Of a stretch of 64,000 nt of DNA, positions 1 through 13,400 are shown piece by piece. Source of the stretch: the human T2T-CHM13v2.0 reference genome, Homo sapiens; NCBI RefSeq assembly GCF_009914755.1, contig NC_060926.1; one strand, 5' to 3'. Made by a program: the position numbers and the translations under genes. The stretch's first letter is position 1. Every line of letters starts with the position of its first letter. The notes under the pieces were generated by a model, which saw only the letters and a program-made list of their open reading frames with translations, ran no database searches and was not told the origin of the DNA.

Positions 1-2754
1 GTTGATTATCAAGTGATCTGAAACTGAATTGAGTTGAATTATTCCTATGCTCCTACCAGTCCAAAGTTTTTTGAAACACATCATACCCTTCAGCATAAGA
101 AATTCCACTCTACAGTTCTATTCAAATAGGAACATTATTTTAAGAATTTCAAAAAACAATTTGAGACATCATTTCCACTTTCTAACTACTGTAAGAGTAA
201 CATTATTAATAAATGGAGAAACTGAAGCATCAAAGTAGGTTCACCACCTCAGTGTAATGTTTCTGTAGACTTTTTGTAATATGGAAAGCTCTAGGGCATA
301 CTGTCATTATTTTTCTTGACTTAAGATGGGCTAAAGGTCAGATCCTACCACTGAAGAACTCACTTTGCATAGAAGCAGCATCATTCCAACTGTAAATAAG
401 TCCTCCTTGATGATGGTTGGAGACCAGGATGAAGTGACCATCATCACTTGTGCAAGATGAACATGTACCATTTGTGACCTGAAAACATTAGATGCCTGTC
501 TTAAGCTTGACATTGTTCATGTCAGCGGGCTCCAGATGGTGTTTTCTTGTTCTTTGTAATATTTTGAAGAACTGTAGGGTAAGTAGCCTTGGTGTAAAAT
601 AGGAAAGGCAAGTGAACTTTGCCTTTTAAAAGCACCTGCTGTTCAGGGGCTGGCTACAGTAGGTGATCATGAGTGATAAATTTGTGTGTTCATAGTAGTA
701 GACTTCTTGCCAGTGTGAAATTTTAGTACATTCCCAGTTTCTGCAGAGCCAGGCAATTCCTATCAACTAATCTACATGCAGATGACAACATCTTTTCAAG
801 TGCATTGTGCAAAACTATTATTTTAATTCAACTCCTAAATGGTAACTATGTATTTATAGAAAACCAAAAGGTGTTGCCAGTCCTGTGGGTCATTATCATT
901 TAAATGTAGGTTTTGGCCAATCTTTATACCCCCTTTTAAATGCATGGAGGATTATCTGGATATGAGGGCATCATATTTCTGAAATTTTATTATAGCTGTA
1001 TGATATACATATCAGTCTAGGTCATGGACTGTATTTATCAACTTCAGTAGATAAAAAATCATTAGAAAAAAGTAAGGGAGATGAAAGCTATACAGTGAAG
1101 GCAAGCCACGCTACTTTGCAAATTTTGCTTTTACATTTTTGATGGGGTATATTGTCACAAGAATTGTTTTCATCGGAGTTGCTGAATTGAACATAACTGA
1201 AAGAGTTCACCATTATACTTCGCTATGGTGTATCAAAACACTCCACAATCTAAATATAAAGGTCTGGCCCAGATGAAGTCTTTTAAATAAGTTTAGAGAA
1301 TGAGTGTAACAAAGTTTCTGATGGAGTAGGATTAGACTGTAGGTGCAGAGATAAGCTCTGTGTTAATAGTGGAGACTGCTCTGACAGATCATAGAGAAAC
1401 TAAAAGAGTTGTGAAGGTAAAGAAAGTCAAGTTTTCATTAAAATGTTCCTTGGAAGTCACATCAGCCCCAAGCAATATAAATTTATATTAAACAGCATAT
1501 CATTCTTTATTATTCTCTGTTCCACTTTTGACTGGCTTTGTTCATAGGGTCCATTACAGGTCTATGCTGTGTCACTCAGCATCTCACTATGATCCTAAGA
1601 TTTTTTTAGCTTATTAAGCTAACTCGATTAAAAGCTCCAAAAGCTCTCCCTGTCTTGAGCTACACTTCTATCTTGCACTTCCTCCTTTATCAGGATTCAT
1701 CTAGTCTCTGCTTGACCTAGGAAACTGAACGATGCAATGGAAGTGCTATCAAGTTCCCTTTTAAACCTGCAAGCTAATACCTTCACCCCTTCTCTTTTCT
1801 TTCCTGCCTGTCTTTAAGAAAAACTTACCTATCCCCTATCCACCCAGCTGAGAGTTTATACCTCTTCCTAGGCTCTTATTCCAACTACTTTCTATGTCTG
1901 TCTCTCAAAATTTCCTCCATTAATGTCCCAGGCTAAAAAAAAAAAAAAAAAAAAAAAGCAACTATTCCCTTTTCTTACTAAAATAAATGAAAACTGTTTC
2001 TGGATTACCTGAGTTGGGGGATAGGCAGCAAATAGGTTAGAATTGCCATCCTCAAGCAGAAAAGCTCCCATAATAACGTTTCTGCACATTTAGCATATTT
2101 GAGTTCCAGTGCTTTAAAAAATATTGGAAAACAACAAATTTAATGAAATTGCAGAGAGGTTAAGTGACTTGTCCAAGAGTAGTGGCAGACTGAGAGTTAG
2201 TTTTTAGGTCTTCTGAATCCCTATTCTGCATTTTTTATATTATTTGGGCATTATTTGGTGGGGGAGGAGGTGCTATTTTCAGGTAAGGAGTAAATTCTCC
2301 ATTAAATGCTCATACAGGCATTTTTTCCATGCAATTATAATATGAAATTTAGGAGTAGCCTCTGCCCTAAATAGTTTATTTCTCTTCATCCAGAAAGATA
2401 TATGGACCATGGTCATTGGAGTCCTTCTTCATTCAAGCCAGGCTCCTGTGTGTGATGTGAGGCCACTTGATTCTATGCTGATATGAAAGATGATTTTCAT
2501 TACTGTGGTAGTGTTGTAACTAAAACAGTGTTAGGTAACCTCAGAAAGTTTCAGAGTAGATCAGAAGACAGCTTTGATTTGGAGAAATTCATTGAGATGC
2601 TATCAGTTCTACTCTGAAAAAAAATATCTCTTCACTCCTAACTAAAAATGTTGGAGGTAGAGGGAAGACAGTTTTCCAGAATTAACTTCTGCACATCTTT
2701 CAAATACTTTTTGCTATTCCTAATATGAGATCATACTCAAAAAAACACAATCTA

Positions 2755-3080
2755 GGCCAGGCATGGTGGCTCTCACCTGTAATCCCAGCACTTTGGGAGG
2801 CCAAGGCGGCAGATCACTTGAGATCAGGAGGCCAAGACCATCCTGGCCAACATGGTGAAAGCCTATCTCTACTAAAAATACAAAAATTAGCCAGGCGTGG
2901 TGGCATGTGCCTCTAATCCCAGCTACTCAGGAGGCTGAGGCAGGAGAATTGCTTGAACCCAGGAGGTGGAGGTTGCAGTGAGCCTAGATGGCACTGCTGC
3001 ACTCTAGGCTGGGAAATAGAGCAAGACTCCATCTCAAAAACAAAAACAAAAACAAAAACAATACAAAACAAAACAAAACA
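2755..3080 (+). mobile_element. Alu (AluS-type), full length, with (AAAAAC)n tail
   Basis: GGCCAGGCATGGTGGCTC...TACTAAAAATACAAAAATTAGCC...GAGCAAGACTCCATCTC followed by an A-rich tail. Confidence 0.95.
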
Positions 3081-5928
3081 CCATGATTCTTTCACTGGCT
3101 TCATTATTCTGGCCCATTTCCTTTTGTACTCTGAACCATTTGGCTCAATTAAAAGGGAGTCCATACTTGTTCCCACAGTGCTTTAAGTTTTGAAACATTC
3201 TGGCAATAGCTTTTACACAAAAAGCAAAAGATGCAGGGATTAAAGGATATGGCCACTCTTTTTAGGTCAATTATTTCTTATTTTTTGTGGTCTATCAAAC
3301 AATCGAATGGTTTTGTTCGTAAAAATAATTTTAGGTCAATTAATACAGTGTGATTGAATATCTCGTACTTCATTTGGACATGGTTGAACAGTGAAAATGA
3401 CCTGAAATGTTTCGTGAGAAATTATATTTAAGGTTATACGTAAAATATCATGGAATGCTGATGCGAAATACAAGTTTAATATGCTTTTATGTGTGACGAT
3501 ACATAAATTTGAATGATTTTAAACTGCGATTAAATTACAATTTAGTTGACAATACACAGGGATTTCAAGTGTGGTTTTGGAGGTAAAAAAAATCCATTTT
3601 GATTTTTTTTTTAAACTCTCAATAGTCTAAGGCTACAGTTGCTTTTTCTCTAATCAACTTTGTTTCATAAGTAGTGCTTAACAAGTAAGCATCTTCCATT
3701 TGCTGAGTGTTCAGAGTTATCTTGCAGTTTGCTTACTCACTTTGCAGTCACAAAATGAGAAATGTAGACACTGTACACAAACAAGAAGTCCGTGCAAAGT
3801 CAAGCTCTCAAAACCACATGCAAGACTCAGCGGCACATGGTTTAGAGCTCACACACTCCAGGACGATGTAATACAGGCATGCAGATGAGAGGAAAGAAAA
3901 GCACCTACATCATGAAAATAGAAGATAATGAAAGAGAATGACATTTTATTTATGACAATTGTCTAATGCAAACCGTATACCCATAGCCTTTACCAGAGTC
4001 GGGATAGGGGCAGAGAAGTGAATTTTTATGGGGACTGGGAAATTGTATATAAATATTGTTAGAGGTCAAGTCATTGTTAAAGTTAAGGATTTCTATTCTG
4101 TACTTGGCCTCTTCCAGGTTATCTTCCCCAGTTTCTTGCTTTGTATTTCCTCAGCTACATCATGCAAAAAAGTTCAGAACTAACACTGGAAATCATTTAA
4201 CAAGCTCTAAACCTGACAGATAACAAGGGTGTTCTCCACAATTTACACGAGAATTAAATTGGATATAAATACCTCCTGTTCTTACCGGTGGGTGTTGTGA
4301 TTCCATTTATTAAGGTGTGAAGCAGACAGGAAAGAGATAAATCTTTCATAAGTACATTGTAAATAGGCAAGTGGTATATAAACCATATTCATAGGTAATA
4401 GAGTCAAACAATGAAAGGTAAATAGTTGTCACAAAATAGACTTTATCACAAAAAATGGTCACAAAACTAGAGTTACATGGAGGGGGGTAAAATAATTGTT
4501 TTGCTACTGTTTTTGAAATAATCTGGCAGTATGGAACAACAAAAAATGAGTGACATGTTTTGATTAAGAATTCTTGACACTGCTTCAGCCAACCCAGCAG
4601 CAGAGAGTCCCCAAAAGATTTTGAATGCTGATACCTTTGTTAAACAATAATAGTGATGGAAATATAGAAAAGTGATCTCTTTCTTGTGAGATTAAAGTGT
4701 TCTTTTGGGGGATTAATTTACAAAAGAATTTTTCACAAGGAACTTTGGAATGATTAGAAATGACTCATGGAGTTTTGTGTGAAAAGTGTTCATTTGATTA
4801 GCTCTTCAAATTAACATTTTTGTCATGGCATGTCCTTCTCAATCAAATACATCACACACAGCTATGATAAACTTATCCATATATAAATATTACTTTCAAA
4901 TTGGGCAATATTTGCAGTGCTTTCTGCACCATTCCTGCTAATTTTGAACCCTTCTTTCTCCATTAGAATATTAGTGGTCAAGCAGAAAGTACCAATTTAA
5001 ATTGTACAGGCTCACTTACACAAAAATTGTTTCATGCAATTGACATAATTAAATATGAGTGCTTTTATTTTCTTAGAAATTCTTAGAAACAGGGTCCTTG
5101 CCCAGTGGAGGAGTAGCCATATGGGAAGCCACCATATTTTTATTCTTTTTTTTCTGATGCTCTACGATATGTCATAGAATTTGGATTTGTTGTATAATTT
5201 ATTTAGCAATCAGCCTTTAGAGCCAAATTGCAAGGTAAAAGAATGTGGGCAATTCTCCTAATAATAAAAAGAGGTCTTTGGACAACATTAATATTATTAA
5301 TAGTGTTGATTTTTGAGCAGTGATACAGGAAGGGAGGTTATGACAGGTGATTGCTGATGCTGAATTTGCTTAAAAGTTGAAGGAAAAATATGAAGGGATC
5401 CATATTTCCCCTTGAAAGGAAAGACGCATTAAACCAGGTACAGTAAAAGGGCACAGCGTAGATTGTTTAAAATATAGAAAAAAAATTCTTAAAAGTGTGA
5501 AACTTCCTATCATAAAGTGCTTATGTATACTTAAGCTTCCTGACCTCTCCTATAAGTTTTCAATTTCCTGTCTTTTAAAGTGTGTTAACCTGGGATCTCT
5601 GTTTGGGGGCATCATAATTATTACTGTTTACTTGCCAAATGTTATTGCAACTGGATTCAACTATTTTTTGGGGGTGTTGGCAATGAGGCCATGCAGTAAA
5701 AACCCAAGTCCCAGCTAAAGCAATGCTCTCTCTCACCAGAAGTGGGAACTCTACTACACACAGTTATATCAGTTTGCATCATGTTATAATGCCTTTGCCA
5801 CACAGTATAACTAGATATAGCACCATGCAATGCCATGAATTGAGAATGAGAGACTATCTCCAGGGGAGAAAATACACATCCGAGAGAAGAAAACAAAAGC
5901 AAGGGGTTCAAAGCTGGTGATTCCGGCT

Positions 5929-5934
5929 TTTATT
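5929..5934 (-). terminator. Candidate intronic polyadenylation hexamer AATAAA overlapping the read-through stop
   Basis: The minus strand reads GAA TAA AAG. Further minus-strand AATAAA at 5144-5139 and 5069-5064. Confidence 0.35.
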
Positions 5935-5995
5935 CCATTTTGGCTATCACTATAATGCCTGCGGCACTTTCATTTTGGAAAACAGACATACATAC
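5930..5995 (-). CDS. KCNH7: Alternative read-through C-terminus of a short KCNH7 isoform ([21 protein letters not shown])
   Basis: The frame stays open for 21 codons past the donor to TAA (5932-5930), which overlaps AATAAA. Consistent with my recollection of an annotated short KCNH7 isoform; not verified here. Confidence 0.65.
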   Translation of the reverse strand, partial: VCMSVFQNESAAGIIVIAKME

Positions 5996-6195
5996 CATGT
6001 TCATGTCAATGCCATTGGTGTAAGTCCATGCGTGCTGGAAATATTCTTCAAGACGTTGCCTCAGAGGGTTGGGGATTTGGTGAAAGCGAATGAACTCTTT
6101 TACTCGCAGCATCTGCATGTGGTACCTGGCAGTTCCCGAGTATAGTCTTTGGATAATTGCAGATACATTCCCAAAAATGCTTGCATACATTAGTG
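5996..6195 (-). CDS. KCNH7: KCNH7 coding exon, end of S6 and C-linker (probably exon 9), 200 nt, phase 1-0
   Basis: (S)[66 protein letters not shown]. Acceptor tccaatccag|CA at 6195 completes the split Ser codon T|CA; donor ATG|gtatgt at 5996. Confidence 0.96.
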
Positions 6196-7524
6196 CTGGA
6201 TTGGATAAAAAACAAAGTTATCGGGGAAACTGCACATAGGTGTGTTATATATTGTTAGAGTATCAAGCATGTGGATTTTGATTATCTCAATCTAGTGGGG
6301 ATTTACCATTGGATCACGGGGAAAAAAAGAAGTTAAACTAAAACTGCTTTACATTTCATAATTTTAGTGATAAAGCTGGAGAGGGAAAGTATCCAAATTC
6401 ATCATGGATTCTAAATGAAAGTGAAAACTCAGATTGTTTATTACATCAGCTTGTGGCTGGGAGCACTGACTAGGGAGAAAATGCATTTGAAATAAACCCT
6501 TTCACTTGAAAAAGAAGGCATCTCATGGCTCACCATAAATACATTTTCTTGAAAAAAATATGAGGCAAAAGCATCTTTTAGGGATTTAAAAACCCTTTTT
6601 GAATTGGAGTTAACACATTAGTTTTAAATTGTGACTTATTTCTGCCTTTCAGCCTCAAATCTAACCTTGTAGAATAAAAATCTATTATTAAATTTGAGAT
6701 TATTTTGAATACATTAGGTTTGTTAAGGGATAGCAAATTCTTTTAAGAAACCAGTTTCCTTAGAGTGTTAATTTGTATACAGTTTTTATCCTATTCCAAT
6801 TCATTTTCATAGTATTTTTGCATAAGAAACATATCTCTGGCTTAGAAAATTCACATAGCTTTATTTTTGTAGGGAAAAAATAGAACACATTTTTGTTCTT
6901 TCATCTATGGGAAGAAACCGCTATGAGATCCCTTGCAACATAATCAGCATTTAGGTAGAATATCTGTATTGGTGCTTCTTACACTAAATCTTCATGATTT
7001 AAAATAAGCTCTTTAAGCACTTTCTCTCTTGTTTATATTTGTATTTATTTCTAATAATTCTAAAAATAAATGCTATTCTCTGTACAGAAAGTCACATCAC
7101 GATATATATTCTGAATATTGATCTTTGGGCATCTATCAGAAACTGAGAGATATGGTAACATATGTTTAAATCACTGGAATAGCTATATACCAGGGTGGGG
7201 AAAGCAGCAACAAGAATTTGAAGTGTTTAATTAAAGTAAATTCAAACAACACATTTTTTTCCCTCAAACAAATTTTATAAACAATTGCTTCTATAATCCA
7301 CTTAATCATTTTCAAAGTAAGCTTTGGCCAGATTCTGGCCATGTTTTAAACTAATATGCTTTCCTGGGCACTTGCTTGCTTTTCCATCTTACCTTGTTTG
7401 CTTATCTTGTCATGATTGGTTATCAAGATCCTTATGTACCATAGATATCCCAAGTAAGAGAAAGTCCCAGGGAAAGCAGTGACCCCTTGTTTTTATCTAT
7501 TTAAGGGGATGAAAGTTGGGGAGA

Positions 7525-8009
7525 TGTGGTGGTTAATTTTATATCAACTTGACTGGGCCACAGTGTGCCTGGATATTTGGTTACACAAATATTCTGGGTG
7601 TGTCTGTAAGGGGTTTGCAGAGGAGATTAGCATTTGGTTCAGTAAACAAGTAAAGCAGATTGTCCTCCCCACTGTGGGTGGGCTGCATCCAACTCATTGA
7701 AGGCCTGAATAGAAGAAAAAGGGGAAGTAAAGGAGAATGAACTCTGTGCTTGACTGTCTGAGCAGGAATATCAGTCTACTCCAGCCTTTGGACTTGCGCT
7801 CCGACTCAGACTGAAAACACATCATGGGCTCTCCGTGGTCTAGACCCAGTTACTGAGTACAGATCTTGAGACTTTTCAGCCTCTATAACTGTGCGAGCCA
7901 ATTTCTTCGAATAAATCTCTTTATATCTTTATCTATATTCAAACATATATGTCTATCTAGTATCTACCTATCTTTTGGTTCTGCTTCTCTGGACTTCCAG
8001 ACTAATACA
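7525..8009 (+). mobile_element. MLT2-type (ERVL) solo LTR
   Basis: TG...CA termini (TGTGGTGGTTAATTTT...CTAATACA), internal AATAAA, and 5-bp TSD GGAGA at 7520-7524 and 8010-8014. Confidence 0.85.
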
Positions 8010-8591
8010 GGAGATCTCTAGTGAGGCTGAATTGGCATGTATGAGACATTAATTCTCTGTAAGGTAGAGCAGATGTTTAGATTGTATCTTCTACATGAAG
8101 AAAAGGTGAGCCTAAATTGTTTTTGAGTAAATGAATCATTCTTTAAAAAGAGAATTAACAATATTTGCCAGAAATTGATTGCTGTGATCCAAGGAGATTC
8201 ATGTGAAAAATACGTTTTACTCATCCTAAATGTAGTGGGGAAACAATTACGTGTGATGCTATGTTTCCAAAATACCTATCATGTGCTCAGGAAGTAGATT
8301 CAGTCAGAGGGCACAAAATCAATGCTGTTTGTTTTACCTAAACCACACGTGATCAGGAAACACATGTTTTACCTAAACCATCACATGATCAAGAAAGATC
8401 AGGAAAAATTCTTATTTATTAAATAGATTTTAGCAAATTAGATGTTATTTGGATGGTAGAGTTTTATCTCTACCATCAAAATTAACCAAAATGTTAGTTT
8501 AGGTCATAAACAAGCATTTCCCACTTGCTGTCAAGATGAAACAAAATCTGGATTATAAGTACATAGTTGAATAGATAAGAGACTAATTTAT

Positions 8592-8895
<304 letters not shown>

Positions 8896-9364
8896 GTGAC
8901 CTGAAATACTTATTTTTAGGAAATTCTGTGATTATGACTTTTAAATTATCATAAAGACATTAATCTTTTTCCTATTTTTTAGGAAGGAAATGGAGCTAGA
9001 GGTTGTAAGCTAGAGAGAAGAATAAAATACTTATGTTCTGTACATATTATTTAGTTGATGCCCAACTGGCAAAAATATCAATCAAAAGCAAGTTGACAGA
9101 CTATGGATATCTAGGCATCTCTCCTTAACTCAGTATTTTTAGTTTTATAAAATAGGGAGTTCTTTTTTCATCCAAATGGTTTGCTTTAGTTTAGGTATTA
9201 TAGAAATCAAACAGGGTTCTCTTAAAAATTCCTTCAGCACACCACGCCTTAATTCTGATATGCTGACCATACTAATATATTTGGTTGGTCAGAAGATATT
9301 AGCTGAAACATGTTGACAAATACACCTGCATTTCTACTACATAAATTTAAACAACTCTGTAACT

Positions 9365-12300
9365 TAATAAAATAAATTTTATTGATGTGTAATTTATATG
9401 TAAGATGCATCTATTTTAAGTGTATAGTTCAATTAGTTTTGACAAATGTATACACCTCTGTAAACATGATCATGATATAGAACATTTTCTTCACTCTAAA
9501 AGTCTCCTTGTGTTCTTTGGCTGCTTGTAACCACTCACTTCAGACCTTAGACAACCACCGAGCTCCTTTATGTCATTACAGATTAGTTTGCATTTTCTAG
9601 GATTTTATATAAGTGGAATTATAATGTACATATTCATTATGTACATTTGTGACTGACTTCTTTTGCTCAACATAATGTTTTTGAGAATCATTCTGTTGTG
9701 TGTATCAGTAATTTGTTTTTTTTTTAACTGCTGAATTGATGTGCATCATATGGCTATACCACAGTTTGTTTATCTCTTCTCCTGTTGATGGAAACCTTGC
9801 TGTTTCTAGTTTTTGGCTATTATGAATAAAACTGCCATGAACACTTGTATACAAGTCTTTGTGTGGGCTTATATTTTCATTTCCCTTTTAAACACCTAAG
9901 AGTGGAATTGCTGAGTTGTGTGGTACATTTAACTTTATAAGAAACTGCCAAACTGTTTTTCAAAGTTGTATCATTTTACATTCTCCCCAGCAATGTATGA
10001 AAATACTATTTGTTCCATATCCTCTCCAACACTTGGTTTCATCAGTCTTTAATTTTAACCATTGTAGTGTGTACATGTAATATCTCATTAGAGTTTTAAT
10101 GTGCATTTTCCTGATGATTAATGACATCTTTTCATGACTTTATTCATCATTCATATATATTTTGTGAACTGTCTTTTCAAATACTTCACCCATTTTTAAA
10201 TTGAGTTGTCTTCTTATTATGGATTTGTAAGAATTATTGATATATTCTGGATATAAGCCCTTTTATGATCTCGGTATTGAAAATATTTTCTTCCAGTCTA
10301 CCATTTGTCCATTCCTTTTCTTAATGGTGTGTTTTGAAGAGCAGAAGTTATTAATTTTGATGAAATCCAATTTATCAATTTTTCTTTTATGATTCAGAGT
10401 TAATTTTGTTTGTTTCAGTTTTGGTAATGTGTATAATTCAAATAATTTTTTCATTTGATCTAAATTGTCAAGTTTATTGTTCTTTATAATGTTCTTTTCT
10501 TATCCTTTTAATGTCCATAAGACTTGTGTTATTATCTTTCTTTCATACAGGACAGTAACTTATGTTCTCTCTTTTAGTCTAGTTGGAGGCTTATCAGTTT
10601 GACTGATTTTAAAAATTACTTCCATTAACTTTCTCTCTTGTTTGTTTTCTATTTTTATTGACTTCTGCTCTTATATCTATTATTTCTTTTCTTCCAGTTG
10701 TATTAGGTTTTAATTTGCTTGCCTTTTACTAGCTTCTTAAAATACAAGCTTAGATTTTTGATTTTAGATCTCCTTTTTAAATAAAAACACTTAAAGCTAT
10801 AGATTTATCACTAAAAAATGCCTTAGGTGCCCTATACAAATTTTGATACATTTTATTTTCATTTTTATTAAGTTAAAAATAGTTTGTAATTTTCCATGTG
10901 ATTTCTTCTTTGAACTGTGAGCTATTTGGAACCTATTTCTAAACATTTGGGGACTTTCTAAACATCTATCAGTTTTTTCTCCTACTCCTTGCCCTCTTCC
11001 TCCTTCTCCCCTTCTTTCTTTTATTGTTGATTTCTGGTTTCTCTATGGTCAGATAAATACTTTGTATGATTTTAGCATTTTCAAATTTATTGAGACTTGT
11101 TTTGTAGCCCAGCATATGGCTTGTCTACTGGTAAATGTTCCATACATGCTAGAAAAGAGCGTGTATTCTGCTAGTATTTTATAATTGTCAATATGTCAAG
11201 TTTAGCTGTTAGTATTATTTAAGTTTTCTATATTTTTATTCATTTGGTCTATTTATTCTATAAAACGCTGAGAGAGGAGTGTTAACATTGCAAACTATAA
11301 TTATGAATTTGTCTTGTGAATTTGTCAATTTCTCCTTTCAGTTACATCAGTTTTTCCTTCATGTAATTTAAAGTTCTGTAATTGAGTGCATACACATTTA
11401 GGATTGCTATATTTGTCTATTTTATCTTTGGTAATAGTACCTGTCCTGAAGTTAATAACGCTACATTGTCTGAAGTTAATACTGTTCTTCAGATTTTCTT
11501 ATGATTAGGATTTGTATGAACATTCTTTTTAATTTTTTTTACTCTTTATAAGTATGTTTTCTTTAGACAGCATATGGCTGTCTTATTTTTAAAAATGCTT
11601 TCTGATAATTTCTCCATTTCAATGAAAGCATTTAGATCATTTATATTTAATGCAATTATTGATATATTTGGGTTTAAATATACTATCTTGCTATTTGTTT
11701 TCTGCATTTCCCTTTTCACTTATTTCCTACAATATTTTACATTTGTTATTTTGTTATTATTTCATTTTGTCTTTCCTGTTGGCTTGTTAGCTATAGTTGT
11801 AGGATTTATAACATGCATTTTAAATTGGTCAACATCTGCTTTAAATAGCATAATACCATCTCAAGAATGATGTAGGAATCTTACAGCAATATATACTTCT
11901 ATTTCTTCTTCCCACTTTTTGGTACTATCATTGTCATAATTTCTCCTTCTACATATGTTATAAAACCTGCACATTCATTGACATTATTTTTTGCTTTAAG
12001 GAGTCAATTATTTTTTAAGACATTTAGAAATGAGGAAAAAGTCTTTTTTTTTTTTTTTTTTTTTTTTACTCACACATTTACCACTTCTAGTTTTTCGTTC
12101 CTTTGTGTTGATCCAAATTTTCATCTGGTATAATTTTCTTTAACCTGAAGAACTTTATCATTTCTTGTAGACTGCTCATGAAGAATTATGTCAGGTTTTG
12201 TCATTTTTGAAGAGTAGTTTAATTAAACACAGATTCCTATGTTGAGAGATTTTGTTTTTCTTTCAGCAATATAACGATTTTGTTCCATTGTCTTTTGGCT

Positions 12301-13400
12301 TTCATTGTTCTAATAAGAAATCTATCAACATTATCTTTTTCCTTTGTATATGATGTGTCATTTTTCTATAGCAGCATTTAATATTTGATTATGATGTGCA
12401 CCAGTGTATTTTATTCATACTTAACTTGTTTGGGATTCACTGGACTTCTTGGATATGTGGTTTTATAGTTTTCATTAATTTTGGAAAAATTTCTGCCATT
12501 ATTTTTAAAGTTAAAAATTTCTATCATTAAAAAAACAGATTTTTTTTTTTGCTTGCCTTCATCATCTTTGTAAATTCTGGTCCCATTTTACTTGATTTTT
12601 TTTTCCTGTTAAGAATCACATTTTTCTGTTTCTTATAATAGCTCTTAAATTTTAAATAGATATTGGGCACTATACATTTAACCTTCTTCAATGCTTGTAA
12701 CTTTTTTTTTGTCTTAAAAAAAGTTAGATGTTCTTGCAGGAGTTAAACCACTTGAGGATCTGCTTGTTCCTTTTGAAGCTTGCTGTTTAAGCTTTTTTGA
12801 GGGACAGATTAGCCCTAGTACGACAGCACTATTTTTTTCTGAGATTTCTACCAAATACCCTGGATGTTAATAAGGGTTTTCCTTTCTGCTGGTTAAAATT
12901 TGAAAATCTCCCACATCTATGTGAGCTCTGGAAATTGTTTAGCTTATAGTACTTCTGGAATTTCTTTGCTGGGTTTTTGGGAGTTTTACCCCATGCATTT
13001 GTGACTTAGTATTCATAAGTAGATTCAAAAGGATACCTATGTAGGTTTCTGGAGCTTTTCTTTTCCATAACTACATCTCCTGTTGCCTGTCTTGCAAATT
13101 GCAGCACCTTAGTCTCCATGACCTCTGATCTTGTTTTCTTAACTCCGTAAGACTGCTGGGGTCTGCTTAGGTTATTTCTCCCTTCTGTGTTCACTGTGGT
13201 CCAGGAAGTGCCTCCAGGCAAAAAGCCAAGATAACACGTGGCCCATATTGTTTGCTTTCCTTCTTTCAGGGATCAAACTTCCCTATTAATTTTCCAGTGC
13301 CTGAAAACAATTGCCTTATATATTTTGTTCAGTTTTCTGTATGTTTTTAATAGAAGGAGAGTAAGGTTTTAGTAACTCCATCATAACTGGAAGCAGAACT
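9365..13400 (-). mobile_element. Old L1M-type LINE fragments (L1MB/MC/MD-like), approximate bounds
   Basis: T-rich antisense L1 3' end (TTTTATTGATGTGTAATTT...GACAAATGTATACAC) and degenerate ORF2 remnants (e.g. KIDKLDFIKINNFCSSK at 10263-10454). Confidence 0.75.

Noticed and set aside
331-513. 60-aa minus-strand ORF as a possible further KCNH7 exon
   Set aside because: No similarity to the expected next segment (CNBHD) and no convincing splice sites; the next exon lies outside the window.
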